A stretch of DNA of 38,652 nt, taken from assembly GCA_964441535.1 (NCBI GenBank), contig CAYTXQ010000001.1, forward strand, positions 1 to 38,652, in the 5' to 3' direction. The notes below the pieces were generated by a model, which made no database searches, was not told the DNA's origin, and saw nothing but the letters and a program-made list of their open reading frames with translations. Shown in pieces: positions 28,319 to 38,652 of this stretch (position 1 is the stretch's first letter; every line of letters starts with the position of its first letter). Source of the DNA: an uncultured Muribaculaceae bacterium. GTDB lineage: Bacteria > Bacillota_I > Bacilli_A > RF39 > UBA660. Made by a program: the position numbers and the translations under genes.

Positions 28319-29573
28319 ACAAAAAGGTACTAATGACATATATGGAATAGAGGCTAAAAAATGGCAGTATATAAATAACTTAATAGATGAATTATGTGAA
28401 AAATATAATTATAATTTTATAAGAACACCTGTGTTTGAAGCTACTGAATTATTTCATAGAGGAGTAGGTGAAACTACTGATATAGTAACTAAAGAAACTT
28501 ATGATTTTATAGATAGAGGAGAAAGAAATATAACTCTAAGACCAGAAGGTACTGCTGGAGTAGTAAGAAGTTATATAGAAAATAAAATGTATGGAGAAGC
28601 AATTCAGCCTATAAAATTATATTACAATGAAACAATGTATAGATATGAAAGACCTCAATCTGGTAGAGATAGAGAATTTGTTCAATTTGGAATAGAGGTA
28701 TTAGGAAGTAGTGATCCTTTAATAGATGCTGAAGTAATTTCATTACCAGTTAATTTATTTAAACTTTTAGGACTTAAGGGAATAAAAGTAAATATTAATT
28801 CTTTAGGAGATACCCAGTCAAGAAATAATTACAAAAAAATCCTAGTAGATTATTTTAAACCTCATATAGATGAATTATGTGAAGATTGTAGAATTAGATT
28901 AGAGAAAAATCCTCTAAGAATTTTAGATTGTAAAGTTGATAAAGACAATGAACTATTAAAAAATGCTCCTAGAATAATAGATTATTTAAATAAAGAATCT
29001 TCTGATAGATTTGAAAAAGTAAAAGAATATCTTGATTTAATGGAAATAGAGTATGTTGTAAATCCTAAAATAGTAAGAGGATTAGACTATTACAATCATA
29101 CAGTGTTTGAAATTGAAGCAACAGTAAAAGATTTTGGAAGCCAGAATGTTTTAGGTGGAGGAGGCAGATATGATAATCTAGTTCAAGAACTAGGTGGTCC
29201 ATCTACTTCATGTATGGGTTTTGCTGGTGGACTTGAAAGACTTATTATGGCATTAGATAAAGAAGATATAGCATTAAACTTAAATTTAACTACAGACTGT
29301 TATATTATGTATGTAAATGATGAAGAAAAAAAATATGCCGTAACTCTTTCACAAGAATTAAGAATGAATGGTTTTAAAACTGAAATAGAATCAATGAGTA
29401 GAAGTTTAAAATCTCAATTTAAAAATGCAGATAGACTTAATACTAAAATGTTGATTATATTAAATAGTGAAGATATCAAAAATGGAGTTATCAACATAAA
29501 AGATAATTTAACCAAAGAGGAAAAAAAGATAAAAGAAACAGAAATAATAGATTATTTAGATGCTAATATATAG
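28308..29573 (+). CDS. hisS: histidine--tRNA ligase
   Basis: ATG at 28308 (MITKQKGTNDIYG). LRPEGTAGVVR, YRYERPQSGRDREFVQFGIE and GGGRYDNL are present. It overlaps the dtd stop. Confidence 0.93.
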   Translation: MITKQKGTNDIYGIEAKKWQYINNLIDELCEKYNYNFIRTPVFEATELFHRGVGETTDIVTKETYDFIDRGERNITLRPEGTAGVVRSYIENKMYGEAIQPIKLYYNETMYRYERPQSGRDREFVQFGIEVLGSSDPLIDAEVISLPVNLFKLLGLKGIKVNINSLGDTQSRNNYKKILVDYFKPHIDELCEDCRIRLEKNPLRILDCKVDKDNELLKNAPRIIDYLNKESSDRFEKVKEYLDLMEIEYVVNPKIVRGLDYYNHTVFEIEATVKDFGSQNVLGGGGRYDNLVQELGGPSTSCMGFAGGLERLIMALDKEDIALNLNLTTDCYIMYVNDEEKKYAVTLSQELRMNGFKTEIESMSRSLKSQFKNADRLNTKMLIILNSEDIKNGVINIKDNLTKEEKKIKETEIIDYLDANI

Positions 29574-29583
29574 GAGGTAAAAT

Positions 29584-29883
29584 ATGAGTAAGTTTACAAA
29601 AGAATTAATTAATGATTACTCTAATAAACTTCTTATAGGATTAACTGAAGAAGAAAATGAACTTGTATTAAGTGAATTTGAAGTAATTGAAAAAAATATG
29701 AATTTAATTAATGAAATACCCAATATAGAGAATGTTGAACCTATGACTCATCCTTTTGATTTATATGAAACTTCTCTAAGAGAAGATATTGATAGTGATA
29801 GCGAAGACATTGAAGATATATTAAAAAATTGTGATAAAAAAATAGATAGAGAAATCAAAGTACCAAGGGTGGTGGAAGAATGA
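29584..29883 (+). CDS. gatC: Asp/Glu-tRNA amidotransferase subunit C
   Basis: 99 aa, with the typical L.EEE......F..I......L.E.....VEP pattern. It immediately precedes gatA-gatB. Confidence 0.85.
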   Translation: MSKFTKELINDYSNKLLIGLTEEENELVLSEFEVIEKNMNLINEIPNIENVEPMTHPFDLYETSLREDIDSDSEDIEDILKNCDKKIDREIKVPRVVEE

Positions 29884-31349
29884 AAAATACTGCACCCAAT
29901 ATATTGGATTTAAGAAAAAAATTAGATAATAATGAAGTAACAAAAGAAGAATTAATTATAGAATTTTTAAATTTAGCAAATAAATATCAGAATATCTATA
30001 ATCCATTTGTAACTATTTTAAATGACACTAAACAAATAGTAGATAATAAAAACAGTTTATTAAATGGAATACCATATGCTATTAAAGATAATTTATCTAC
30101 AAAAGATATTCTTTCAACAGGTTCTTCCAATACATTAAAAGATTATGTACCTTTTTTTGATGCAACAGTAGTAAAAAAATTAAAAGCTTCTGGTGCAATT
30201 AATATAGGTAAAACAGTAATGGATGAATTAGGTATGGGAGGAACTGGTACAACAAGTAATACTGGAATAGTAAAAAATCCATATGATAAAACAAGAATAT
30301 CTGGAGGTTCTTCTGCAGGAAGTGCAGTTTCTGTTGCTTTAGGTATAGTACCATTTTCATTAGGTAGCGATACAGGAGACTCTATAAGAAAACCTGCAGC
30401 ATATTGTGGTATAGTAGGATATAAACCTACTTATGGATTAGTAAGTAGATATGGTTTATTTCCTTTTGCATGTTCTTTAGATCATGTAGGATGTTTTACT
30501 AGAAATGTTAAAGATGCTGCTATAGTAATTGATACTATAAAAGGTAAAGATGAAAATGATATGACAACACTTAAAGATACAGATGAATCATTATATGAAA
30601 AAATAGATGGTAAAGTTAATGGTAGAAAATTATTTTATATAAAAGAAATAGCTAATATTGAATCATATACCAATCCTTCTAAAGAATTAACTGAAACTTT
30701 AAATATTTTTAAAGATACTGTTAGTAAATTAAATGACATTGGAATAGAAGTAGATGAAATATCTATAGATAAGACTCTATTAAATGCTATATTACCAACA
30801 TATTTATGTATATCATGTGCTGAAGCCACAAGTAATTATTCTAATCTTACAGGTATTATTTTTGGACCTAGAGGAAGAGGAAAAAGCATAGAAGAAATTA
30901 TGCTAGATCACAGAACTAATGGCTTTTGTACTTTAATTAAAAGAAGATTTATAATAGGTAGTTATGTACTTCAAAAAGAGAATCAAGAAAAATATTTCTT
31001 AAATGCTTCAAGAGTTAGAAGATTAATAGTAGATAAAATGAATGAACTATTTAAAATTTATGATGGTTTAATTTTACCATGTGGTGAAATAGCACCATTA
31101 ATAGAAAAAGAAAAAGAAGTAATAAGTGAAGATGAGGATAGAGAATTGGCAGTATTAGAAAATCATATGGCTATTGGTAATTTCGGAGGATTTCCTAGTA
31201 TTACAATTCCTAATGGTTTTGTTGATAATCTTCCAATAGGTGTAAATATTACTGGTAAAGTCCTAGATGATGCAAATATATTAAATATAGCATATGCATT
31301 AGAAGAAACTCTGGATTTTAAAAATATGATTTCTAAGGGGGAATGCTAG
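29880..31349 (+). CDS. gatA: Asp/Glu-tRNA amidotransferase subunit A
   Basis: The amidase signature GGSSAGSAVSVA...GSDTGDSIRKPAAYCG is present. Confidence 0.93.
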   Translation: MKNTAPNILDLRKKLDNNEVTKEELIIEFLNLANKYQNIYNPFVTILNDTKQIVDNKNSLLNGIPYAIKDNLSTKDILSTGSSNTLKDYVPFFDATVVKKLKASGAINIGKTVMDELGMGGTGTTSNTGIVKNPYDKTRISGGSSAGSAVSVALGIVPFSLGSDTGDSIRKPAAYCGIVGYKPTYGLVSRYGLFPFACSLDHVGCFTRNVKDAAIVIDTIKGKDENDMTTLKDTDESLYEKIDGKVNGRKLFYIKEIANIESYTNPSKELTETLNIFKDTVSKLNDIGIEVDEISIDKTLLNAILPTYLCISCAEATSNYSNLTGIIFGPRGRGKSIEEIMLDHRTNGFCTLIKRRFIIGSYVLQKENQEKYFLNASRVRRLIVDKMNELFKIYDGLILPCGEIAPLIEKEKEVISEDEDRELAVLENHMAIGNFGGFPSITIPNGFVDNLPIGVNITGKVLDDANILNIAYALEETLDFKNMISKGEC

Positions 31350-31350
31350 T

Positions 31351-32781
31351 ATGGATTATAAAGTTGTAATAGGATTAGAACTACATTGTGAACTAAAAAC
31401 AAATTCTAAAGTATTTAGTACAGCAAAAAATGATTTTAATGATGTACCTAATTCTAATATAAAGCCTCTTGATATGGCTTTTCCTGGTACACTGCCTGTT
31501 GTAAACAAAGAAGCAGTGAGAAAAGCACTAAAAATGTCTTTAGCATTAAATTGTAAAACTCCTGATGAAATATTATTTGATAGAAAAAATTACTATTATC
31601 CTGATTTACCAAAAGGATATCAGATTACTCAAACTAATAAACCTATGGGTATAGATGGTCATATAGATATATTACTAAATGGAGAAACACATACTATATT
31701 AATTCATGATTTACACTTAGAAGAAGATACAGCAAGTTTAGATCATTATAATGAATATTCTCTTATAAATTATAATAGAAGTGGAGTACCTCTAATAGAA
31801 ATAGTGACCGAACCATGTATATATTCAGCTGATATAGCAGTTTCTTTTCTTGAAAATTTAAGAAATATAATAAGATATTGTGGTATATCTGAAGCAGATA
31901 CTAAAAGAGGTCAGATAAGATGTGACGCCAACATATCATTAATGAAAAAAGATGCAAAAGAATTAGGTACTAAAGTAGAAATTAAAAATATAAATTCATT
32001 TAATAATGTTAAAGAAGCTATTCTTTATGAAATAAAAAGACAAAGTGAATTATTAGATAGTGGTAGAGCTAATGAAATAATACAGGAAACTAGAAGATAT
32101 AGTGACACTACAAATACTACAATAAGAATGAGAGAAAAAGTAGAAAATTTAGATTATAAATATTTTGTAGAACCTAATATTCCTAAAATTAAAATATCTA
32201 ATAATTTAATTGAGGAATTAAAAAAAGAAATACCGGTTTTACCTAATGAAAGAAAGAAAAAATATATAGAAGAATATAATCTTAATGATTATGATGCATC
32301 TATTCTCATTAAAGAAAAAGATATTTCTGATTATTTTGAAGAATGCATAGAACTTAAACTAGATCCTAAAACTTCTTCAAACTGGGTTACAGGAAGCATA
32401 TTAGGTTATATAAATAAATATAACATAGAAATTAAAGACTTCTTTATAAAACCAGATATGTTAAAAACATTAATAGATGCTGTTGATGATAATAAAATTT
32501 CTTCAAAACAGGCTAAAGACATATTCTTTAAATCAATAGAGGAAAGTAAAGATCCTAAAGAATTTATAAATAGTGAAAATTCTATGATTTCAGATGAATC
32601 AGAAATATTAAATATTATTAAAAAAATATTAACTGACTATTCTAAAGAAGTATCTGAATATAAAAATGGTAAAGACAATTTATTTCAATTCTTTGTAGGA
32701 CAAGTTATGAAGGAAACAAAAGGAAAAGCAAATCCAATAACAACTAAAAAATTATTATTAGAGGAAATAGATAAAATATAA
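31351..32781 (+). CDS. gatB: Asp/Glu-tRNA amidotransferase subunit B
   Basis: [43 protein letters not shown] and the C-terminal GatB_Yqey tail ([16 protein letters not shown]) are present. Confidence 0.94.
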   Translation: MDYKVVIGLELHCELKTNSKVFSTAKNDFNDVPNSNIKPLDMAFPGTLPVVNKEAVRKALKMSLALNCKTPDEILFDRKNYYYPDLPKGYQITQTNKPMGIDGHIDILLNGETHTILIHDLHLEEDTASLDHYNEYSLINYNRSGVPLIEIVTEPCIYSADIAVSFLENLRNIIRYCGISEADTKRGQIRCDANISLMKKDAKELGTKVEIKNINSFNNVKEAILYEIKRQSELLDSGRANEIIQETRRYSDTTNTTIRMREKVENLDYKYFVEPNIPKIKISNNLIEELKKEIPVLPNERKKKYIEEYNLNDYDASILIKEKDISDYFEECIELKLDPKTSSNWVTGSILGYINKYNIEIKDFFIKPDMLKTLIDAVDDNKISSKQAKDIFFKSIEESKDPKEFINSENSMISDESEILNIIKKILTDYSKEVSEYKNGKDNLFQFFVGQVMKETKGKANPITTKKLLLEEIDKI

Positions 32782-32806
32782 ATTGATTGATGAAGGTGTG
32801 GTAGTA

Positions 32807-35029
32807 ATGAACGAATGGCAAGGATTTAAAGGAACAAAATGGAAAAACGAAATAAATGTTCATGATTTTATATTAAATAATTATACTGAATATAAAGGGG
32901 ATGATTCTTTTTTAGAAAAAATTTCCAATAAAACCAGTAAAATATTAACTGAAGTCAATCATTTATTAAAGTTAGAACTTAAAAAGAAAGTTCATGATAT
33001 TGAAGATAATATAATTTCAGGTATAAATAACTTTAATCCTGGCTACATTGATAAAAGAAATGAAGTAATAGTAGGATTGCAGACAGATAAACCATTAAAA
33101 AGAATAGTAAATCCATATGGTGGAATGAGAATGGTTTATAAAGAATTAGAATGTTATAATTACAAACTTAATCCTACAATAGATAAATACTTTAATGAAT
33201 TTAGAAAGACTCATAATGATGGAGTATTTTCTGCCTACACTAAAGAAATAAGATTAGCAAGATCTTCAGGTTTAATTACAGGACTTCCTGATGCTTATGG
33301 AAGAGGAAGGATAATAGGAGATTATCGTAGAGTACCACTTTATGGTATAGATCATTTAATAATTAGTAAACAAAAAGATTTAGATAAAATTAAAAACATA
33401 GATGAAAAATCTATAAGATTAAGAGAAGAAGTATCTCTACAGATTCAAGCATTAAATGAAATTAAAGAAATGGCTCATAGTTATGGATTTGATATCAGTA
33501 AACCTGCTAAAAATGCTAAAGAAGCAGTTCAATGGTTATATTTTGCATATTTGGCTTCAGTAAAAGAAAATAATGGAGCAGCTATGAGTTTAGGTAGAAC
33601 TTCTACTTTTTTAGATATTTATATTGAAAAAGATTTAAATATGGGATTAATTACTGAAAGAGATGCTCAAGAATTAATTGATCAGTTTGTATTGAAATTA
33701 AGATTAGTAAGACATTTAAGAACAAGTGATTATAATGAACTATTTGCGGGAGATCCTACATGGGTTACTGAATCTATTGGTGGAATGGAAAATAATCAAA
33801 AATCTCTAGTAACTAAAAATTCATTTAGATTTATACATACATTAACTAATTTAGGAACATCACCTGAACCTAATATTACAATACTGTGGAGTAAGAATTT
33901 ACCTGATAATTTTAAAAAGTACAGCACTAAAATGAGTATATTAACTTCATCAATTCAATATGAAAACGATGATTTAATGAAACCTATTTATGGTAACGAT
34001 TATGGTATATCATGTTGTGTTTCTGCAATGACTTTAGGTAAACAGATGCAGTTTTTTGGAGCCCGTTGCAATTTAGCAAAAGCTTTATTATATGCAATAA
34101 ATGGCGGGATAGATGAAATAACAGGTAAAAAAATAGTAGATGGTATAGATCCTGTAAATAATAAAATATTAAAATACGATGAAGTAATGAAAAATTATGA
34201 AAAGACTTTAAATATAGTGGCTAAAACTTATGTAGATGCTATGAATGTAATTCATTACATGCATGATAAATATGCTTATGAAGCAAGCCAAATGGCATTA
34301 CATGATACTTATGTAGAAAAATTAATGGCTTTTGGAATTGCAGGTCTTTCAGTAGTAGCAGATTCATTATCAGCAATTAAATACGCAAAAGTTAAACCAA
34401 TAAGGAACGAAGATGGAATTGCAATAGATTTTAAAATAACTGGAAATTACCCTAAATATGGTAACGATATAGATGATGTTGATAAATTAGCTGTAGATAT
34501 AGTAACTAAATTCAAGAAAATGTTAAAGAAACATAAATTATATAAAGATGCTATTCATACATTATCAGTTCTTACTATAACTTCTAATATAGTTTATGGT
34601 AAAAAAACAGGATCAACTCCTGATGGAAGAAAAAAAGGCATTCCTTTTGCACCTGGAGCTAATCCAATGCATGGAAGAGATAATAATGGTGCTTTAGCTT
34701 CATTAAATTCAGTATCTAAAATACCTTATAAAAATATATGTGATGACGGAGTATCAAATACTTTTTCAATAGTTCCAGAAGCATTAGGACATTCTATAGA
34801 TGAAGAAATATCTAATTTAATAAACATATTAGATGGTTATTTTCATAAGAATGCTCAACATATTAATATTAATGTTTTAAATAAAGAAACGCTTATAAAT
34901 GCAATGAAGAATCCAGAAGATTATCCCAATTTAACAATAAGAGTATCGGGATATGCTGTAAAATTTAATAGATTAAGTAAAGAACAGCAATTAGAAGTAA
35001 TTAATAGAACTTTTCATGAGGACTTATGA
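32807..35029 (+). CDS. pflB: formate C-acetyltransferase (pyruvate formate-lyase)
   Basis: ATG at 32807 ([12 protein letters not shown]). The catalytic Cys-Cys is in GISCCVSAM and the glycyl-radical motif is [11 protein letters not shown]. Confidence 0.95.
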   Translation: MNEWQGFKGTKWKNEINVHDFILNNYTEYKGDDSFLEKISNKTSKILTEVNHLLKLELKKKVHDIEDNIISGINNFNPGYIDKRNEVIVGLQTDKPLKRIVNPYGGMRMVYKELECYNYKLNPTIDKYFNEFRKTHNDGVFSAYTKEIRLARSSGLITGLPDAYGRGRIIGDYRRVPLYGIDHLIISKQKDLDKIKNIDEKSIRLREEVSLQIQALNEIKEMAHSYGFDISKPAKNAKEAVQWLYFAYLASVKENNGAAMSLGRTSTFLDIYIEKDLNMGLITERDAQELIDQFVLKLRLVRHLRTSDYNELFAGDPTWVTESIGGMENNQKSLVTKNSFRFIHTLTNLGTSPEPNITILWSKNLPDNFKKYSTKMSILTSSIQYENDDLMKPIYGNDYGISCCVSAMTLGKQMQFFGARCNLAKALLYAINGGIDEITGKKIVDGIDPVNNKILKYDEVMKNYEKTLNIVAKTYVDAMNVIHYMHDKYAYEASQMALHDTYVEKLMAFGIAGLSVVADSLSAIKYAKVKPIRNEDGIAIDFKITGNYPKYGNDIDDVDKLAVDIVTKFKKMLKKHKLYKDAIHTLSVLTITSNIVYGKKTGSTPDGRKKGIPFAPGANPMHGRDNNGALASLNSVSKIPYKNICDDGVSNTFSIVPEALGHSIDEEISNLINILDGYFHKNAQHININVLNKETLINAMKNPEDYPNLTIRVSGYAVKFNRLSKEQQLEVINRTFHEDL

Positions 35030-35724
35030 AAGGGTACATTAACTCCATAGAAACAATGGGTTTAGTAGATGGACCAGGAGTAAGATATGTAGTATTTTTA
35101 AATGGATGCAATTTACGTTGCATATTTTGTCATAACCCTGAGACATGGAATATTAATAAAAAAGAATATACTACTCCTAAAAAATTAATGCAGGATATTA
35201 AAAAATATCTGCCATATTATACAAACGGAGGAGTTACATTTTCTGGAGGAGAACCTTTAATACAAAATAAATTTTTATTACAGTGTTTAAAATTATGTAA
35301 AAAAAATAAAATACATACTGCAATAGATACATCTGGAGTAGGTAACGGTAATTATAAAAATATATTAAAATATGTAGATTTAGTAATTCTTGATATTAAA
35401 GCGATTGACGAAGAAAATTATAATAAAATAACTGGTAAAAATATGAAAGAGTTTAATAAATTTTTAGATTGCTGCCAGAAATTAAATAAGAAATTATGGT
35501 TAAGACAAGTAATAATTCCTACTATAAATGATAAAAAAGAATACATAGAAAAATTAAATAATTATATATCTAATATTAAAAATGTAGAAAGAGTAGAGTT
35601 GCTACCTTACCATACTTTAGGAATAGAAAAGTATAAAAAATTAAATATTCCTTATAAACTAAAAGATATTAAAGATTTATCACAAAAAAAATTAAAAATG
35701 TTAAAAAAATATATTAAATATTGA
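35026..35724 (+). CDS. pflA: pyruvate formate-lyase activating enzyme (radical SAM)
   Basis: [13 protein letters not shown] (CxxxCxxC) and [11 protein letters not shown] are present. It overlaps pflB by 4 nt. Confidence 0.93.
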   Translation: MKGYINSIETMGLVDGPGVRYVVFLNGCNLRCIFCHNPETWNINKKEYTTPKKLMQDIKKYLPYYTNGGVTFSGGEPLIQNKFLLQCLKLCKKNKIHTAIDTSGVGNGNYKNILKYVDLVILDIKAIDEENYNKITGKNMKEFNKFLDCCQKLNKKLWLRQVIIPTINDKKEYIEKLNNYISNIKNVERVELLPYHTLGIEKYKKLNIPYKLKDIKDLSQKKLKMLKKYIKY

Positions 35725-35730
35725 TTTTTA

Positions 35731-35739
35731 TGATATAAT
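35731..35739 (+). promoter_or_regulatory. extended -10 (TGaTATAAT) upstream of the HerA-like gene
   Basis: TGATATAAT lies 27 nt upstream of the ATG at 35766. The SD AAAGAGGTG lies between them. Confidence 0.45.
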
Positions 35740-35765
35740 TATATTTGAATAAAGAGGTGTTTTTA

Positions 35766-37532
35766 ATGTTTGGAAAAATAATATATATAAATAATAATGA
35801 GGCTCATGTTGAAAATACACAAAATAATAATACTCTAGAAAATAACTTAATGAATATCCATGTAGTATTTGAAAGTACTAATCAAAAAACTCTTGGAGAA
35901 ATCAAAGATATTGATCCAGAAATAATTAGAATAAAATTTTTAGGCGAATTTATAGATGGGAAATATATTTCCGGTATTATAAAAAAACCTTCATTAAATT
36001 CTACAATTAGAGTTATTACAGGTGAAGAATTATCTCTTATTATTGAAAATGAAGGAGTTAATTCCTTATTATTAGGGACAAGCCCTTTATATCAAAATTA
36101 TCCTATACATGTGAATATAAATAATTTATTTTCAAATCATTTAGCAGTTTTAGGTAATTCTGGTAGTGGTAAAAGTTGTGGAGTATCTAGAATAGTTCAA
36201 AATATATTTTTAAATAAAAATATGATTTCTTATAATGCAAATTTATTTATATTTGATGCTTATGGGGAATATAAAACAGCATTTTCTAAAATACATGAAA
36301 TTAATCCTAATTATTCATATAAATTTATTACTACAAATCCTGTAGATCCTAATGATTCTTTATTACAAATACCTATATATTTATTAAATTTAGATGATAT
36401 GGCACTGTTACTTCAAGCTACTAATCATAGTCAGCTTCCTATAATAGAAAGAATGTTAAAATTAGCAAATATTTTTTCTAAAAATGATGAAAAAGCAGTT
36501 GAATACAAAAATCATTTAATTGCAAAAGCATTACTTGCTGTATTATTTTCTAATCAAACAACTACTTCAAAGAAAAACGAAATATTTTCAGTAATAGAAG
36601 CGTGCAGTACAGATAAATTTAATTTTAATGCTAATATACAGGGAATAGGTTATACACGTAAACTAAGTGAATGCTTCGAAATAGATAGTAATGGAAACTT
36701 TGGAGAAAGTGTACTGATTAATGACTACATATTATCCTTTCTAAAAGATGATATAGATACAATGGAAACTTCTACTGATACTTTCTATACATTAAATGAT
36801 TTAGAAAAAGCGTTAGATTTCACAATGATTTCAGAAGGATTTCAACATAACACTTCTCTTTATGACCAAGCTATTATATTAAAAGTAAGATTACATACTA
36901 TTGTTAATAGTGAAATAGGAAAATACTTTAATTATTCTCAACAAATAACAATAAATCAATTTATATCATCTTTAGTAGTAGGAAACAACAATAGAAAAGC
37001 TCAAATAGTAAATATTAATCTTGAAGATTTAGATGATTCTTATGCAAAAATTATAGTAAAAATATTTAGTAGATTATTTTTTACTTTTGCAAAAAATAGA
37101 GAAGACAGAGCTTCAGTACCATTTCATTTATTTATTGAAGAAGCACACAGATATATACAAAATGACACTGATAAATTTTTAATTGGATATAATATATTTG
37201 AAAGAATAGCTAAAGAAGGAAGAAAATATGGAATATTATTAAATATAATTACTCAAAGACCAGTAGAATTATCTGAAACAATAATTTCTCAATGTTCTAA
37301 TTTCTTTATATTTAAGATGACACATCCAAGAGACTTATTATACATGAAAAAAATGTTACCTAATATTTCTTCAGGTACAATTGAAAAACAAAAATCATTA
37401 CAACCAGGAACATGTGTAGCATTTGGTTCAGCATTTAAAATACCAATGATAATTAAAATGGAAATGCCAAATCCTTCAAATTATAGTAGTAATTGTGATG
37501 TTAGAAATAGATGGGATGCATCTAATCATTAA
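35766..37532 (+). CDS. HerA/FtsK-superfamily ATPase (DUF87 / HerA-like)
   Basis: The ATG at 35766 is preferred to the TTG at 35745. The N-terminal barrel-like segment is GKIIYINNNEAHVE...IRIKFLGEF. Motifs are Walker A HLAVLGNSGSGKSCGV, Walker B PFHLFIEEAHRYI, and EGRKYGILLNIITQRPVELSETIISQCSNFFIFKM. Confidence 0.8.
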   Translation: MFGKIIYINNNEAHVENTQNNNTLENNLMNIHVVFESTNQKTLGEIKDIDPEIIRIKFLGEFIDGKYISGIIKKPSLNSTIRVITGEELSLIIENEGVNSLLLGTSPLYQNYPIHVNINNLFSNHLAVLGNSGSGKSCGVSRIVQNIFLNKNMISYNANLFIFDAYGEYKTAFSKIHEINPNYSYKFITTNPVDPNDSLLQIPIYLLNLDDMALLLQATNHSQLPIIERMLKLANIFSKNDEKAVEYKNHLIAKALLAVLFSNQTTTSKKNEIFSVIEACSTDKFNFNANIQGIGYTRKLSECFEIDSNGNFGESVLINDYILSFLKDDIDTMETSTDTFYTLNDLEKALDFTMISEGFQHNTSLYDQAIILKVRLHTIVNSEIGKYFNYSQQITINQFISSLVVGNNNRKAQIVNINLEDLDDSYAKIIVKIFSRLFFTFAKNREDRASVPFHLFIEEAHRYIQNDTDKFLIGYNIFERIAKEGRKYGILLNIITQRPVELSETIISQCSNFFIFKMTHPRDLLYMKKMLPNISSGTIEKQKSLQPGTCVAFGSAFKIPMIIKMEMPNPSNYSSNCDVRNRWDASNH

Positions 37533-37536
37533 TAAC

Positions 37537-37565
37537 TTGACTCAAAATTAAAATTTTGATAGAAT
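37537..37565 (+). promoter_or_regulatory. promoter candidate for the DUF1292 / coiled-coil pair
   Basis: TTGACT (37537-37542), 17 nt spacer, TGa-TAGAAT (37557-37565). The spacer holds the inverted repeat TCAAAAT-taaa-ATTTTGA. Confidence 0.5.
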
Positions 37566-37590
37566 ACATATAGTAAGGAGGATTAAAACT

Positions 37591-37851
37591 ATGGATGATA
37601 ACAAATTAACTGTATCTGCTGAAGATGGTAAAAGATTAGATATAGATGTAATAGATATAATTGATGCCAATAATAGATTTAATAAAGAATACATAATATA
37701 TACTATTTCTGGTAATAAAGACAATGTATTTGCTTCTGTATTAAAAGAAGATGATAATAGTTTTACTTTAGAAACAATACCAACTCAAGAAGAATATGAA
37801 TTTGTAAATAGTAAAATCTTAGAATTAGATTTAGATACCATTGAGGGGTGA
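37591..37851 (+). CDS. DUF1292 domain protein
   Basis: 86 aa and acidic. The ...DIDVIDIID....NKEYIIYT......VFASVLKEDDN.FTLETIPTQEEYEFV pattern is typical of DUF1292. The SD is AAGGAGG. Confidence 0.7.
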   Translation: MDDNKLTVSAEDGKRLDIDVIDIIDANNRFNKEYIIYTISGNKDNVFASVLKEDDNSFTLETIPTQEEYEFVNSKILELDLDTIEG

Positions 37852-37857
37852 TTTATA

Positions 37858-38652
37858 ATGGATGAAACAGAATTATATAATATAATAAATGAAACTGTAA
37901 GAAAATATGAAGAAATTTTTGATAAATTAACAGAAGCAGCAGATTTAATAATTAAACAGGATGAAAAAAGTACATCTAAAATTCAAGAATTAAAATTAGA
38001 CAAACAATATGACAAACTTGTTGAAATTAGTAAAGAAATACAGCAAATTATAGCTGATATTAAAAGAATTCCTGAATTAATAGAAAGTAACAACATGGAA
38101 AAATTATATTCATTAAGTCCAGCAGCAGTAAATATTGTTAAAGGAATTAAAGGATATCAAATAGAAGATGAAAAAACTGAAAAATTAGAAGGAAAAAGTG
38201 AAAAATTAGATGATTCTATTTTTAAAGAATTGGGAGAAGTTTTACCTAATAATAGAATATTAAGTAGTATAAACAAACATAGGGAAGCAAGACAACAACG
38301 TATTAAAAATAAAATAGAGGCTTTAAGAAAAAAATCTGGTAATATTTTATCTAAGCAAATTTCATTAACTGATAAAGATGTATTAGAAAAAATAAAAGCA
38401 ATAGAAAAGATTAATGCATCAATCAAGATTAGCAACATTATTAGTAATAGACAAGAAAGAAACGAGCTAGAAATAAATTCTTTACAAGAGCAAATAAATA
38501 TAAACAAAGAAGAAATTGAAATAGTAAAAGAACATGATGATGAAGTATATGGTTTAACTTCTAAAAACAGACAATTACAAAGAAAATTAGCAATATTAAA
38601 ACTTAAAAATGGATTGTTAAAGGGTAGTAATTCCTTAAGAACAATTCCAGAA
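37858..38652 (+). CDS. hypothetical coiled-coil protein, 5' part (continues beyond the window); absent from the ORF track
   Basis: The ATG at 37858 lies 7 nt after GAGGGGTGA. My translation is open for all 265 codons to the window edge (MDETELYNIINETVRKYEEIFDKLTEAADL...RQLQRKLAILKLKNGLLKGSNSLRTIPE). It is heptad-like and K/E/I/L-rich. The tracked minus ORF 38157-38507 is its antisense shadow. Confidence 0.65.
   Translation, partial: MDETELYNIINETVRKYEEIFDKLTEAADLIIKQDEKSTSKIQELKLDKQYDKLVEISKEIQQIIADIKRIPELIESNNMEKLYSLSPAAVNIVKGIKGYQIEDEKTEKLEGKSEKLDDSIFKELGEVLPNNRILSSINKHREARQQRIKNKIEALRKKSGNILSKQISLTDKDVLEKIKAIEKINASIKISNIISNRQERNELEINSLQEQININKEEIEIVKEHDDEVYGLTSKNRQLQRKLAILKLKNGLLKGSNSLRTIPE

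Overview
Very AT-rich, low-GC Bacillota-like chromosomal segment, almost entirely + strand. A conserved housekeeping backbone runs obg ... ruvA-ruvB-queA-tgt ... valS / spoVB-like(-) / comN-like-rel-dtd-hisS-gatCAB-pflBA, in a gene order reminiscent of Bacillus subtilis. Accessory blocks interrupt it. (i) 836-4370: an Lsa-type ABC-F ATPase, a GT2 glycosyltransferase and an APH(6)-like kinase. (ii) 4371-7124: orphan genes, a structured leader or sRNA candidate, a 15-codon micro-ORF and a CPBP protease. (iii) 8843-9669: the most interesting locus, with the full architecture of a type III (RNA antitoxin) toxin-antitoxin module. It has a promoter, 2.3 tandem 49-50 nt repeats showing compensatory stem changes, an intrinsic terminator and a toxin-like ORF. 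That ORF is cut after 44 codons by an in-frame TAA and is directly abutted (TAA-ATG, same frame, no SD) by an unrecognisable 150-aa ORF. (iv) 9762-14623: a seven-gene Flp/Tad pilus operon with no prepilin peptidase in the window. (v) 35731-38652: an orphan HerA/DUF87-type ATPase with its own promoter, followed by DUF1292 and an untracked coiled-coil ORF running off the window. The long RSH (Rel) protein also carries substitutions at the canonical hydrolase HD/ED residues. No rRNA, tRNA, CRISPR array, transposase or integrase was seen. All family assignments come from motif recognition by eye and need profile searches to confirm.
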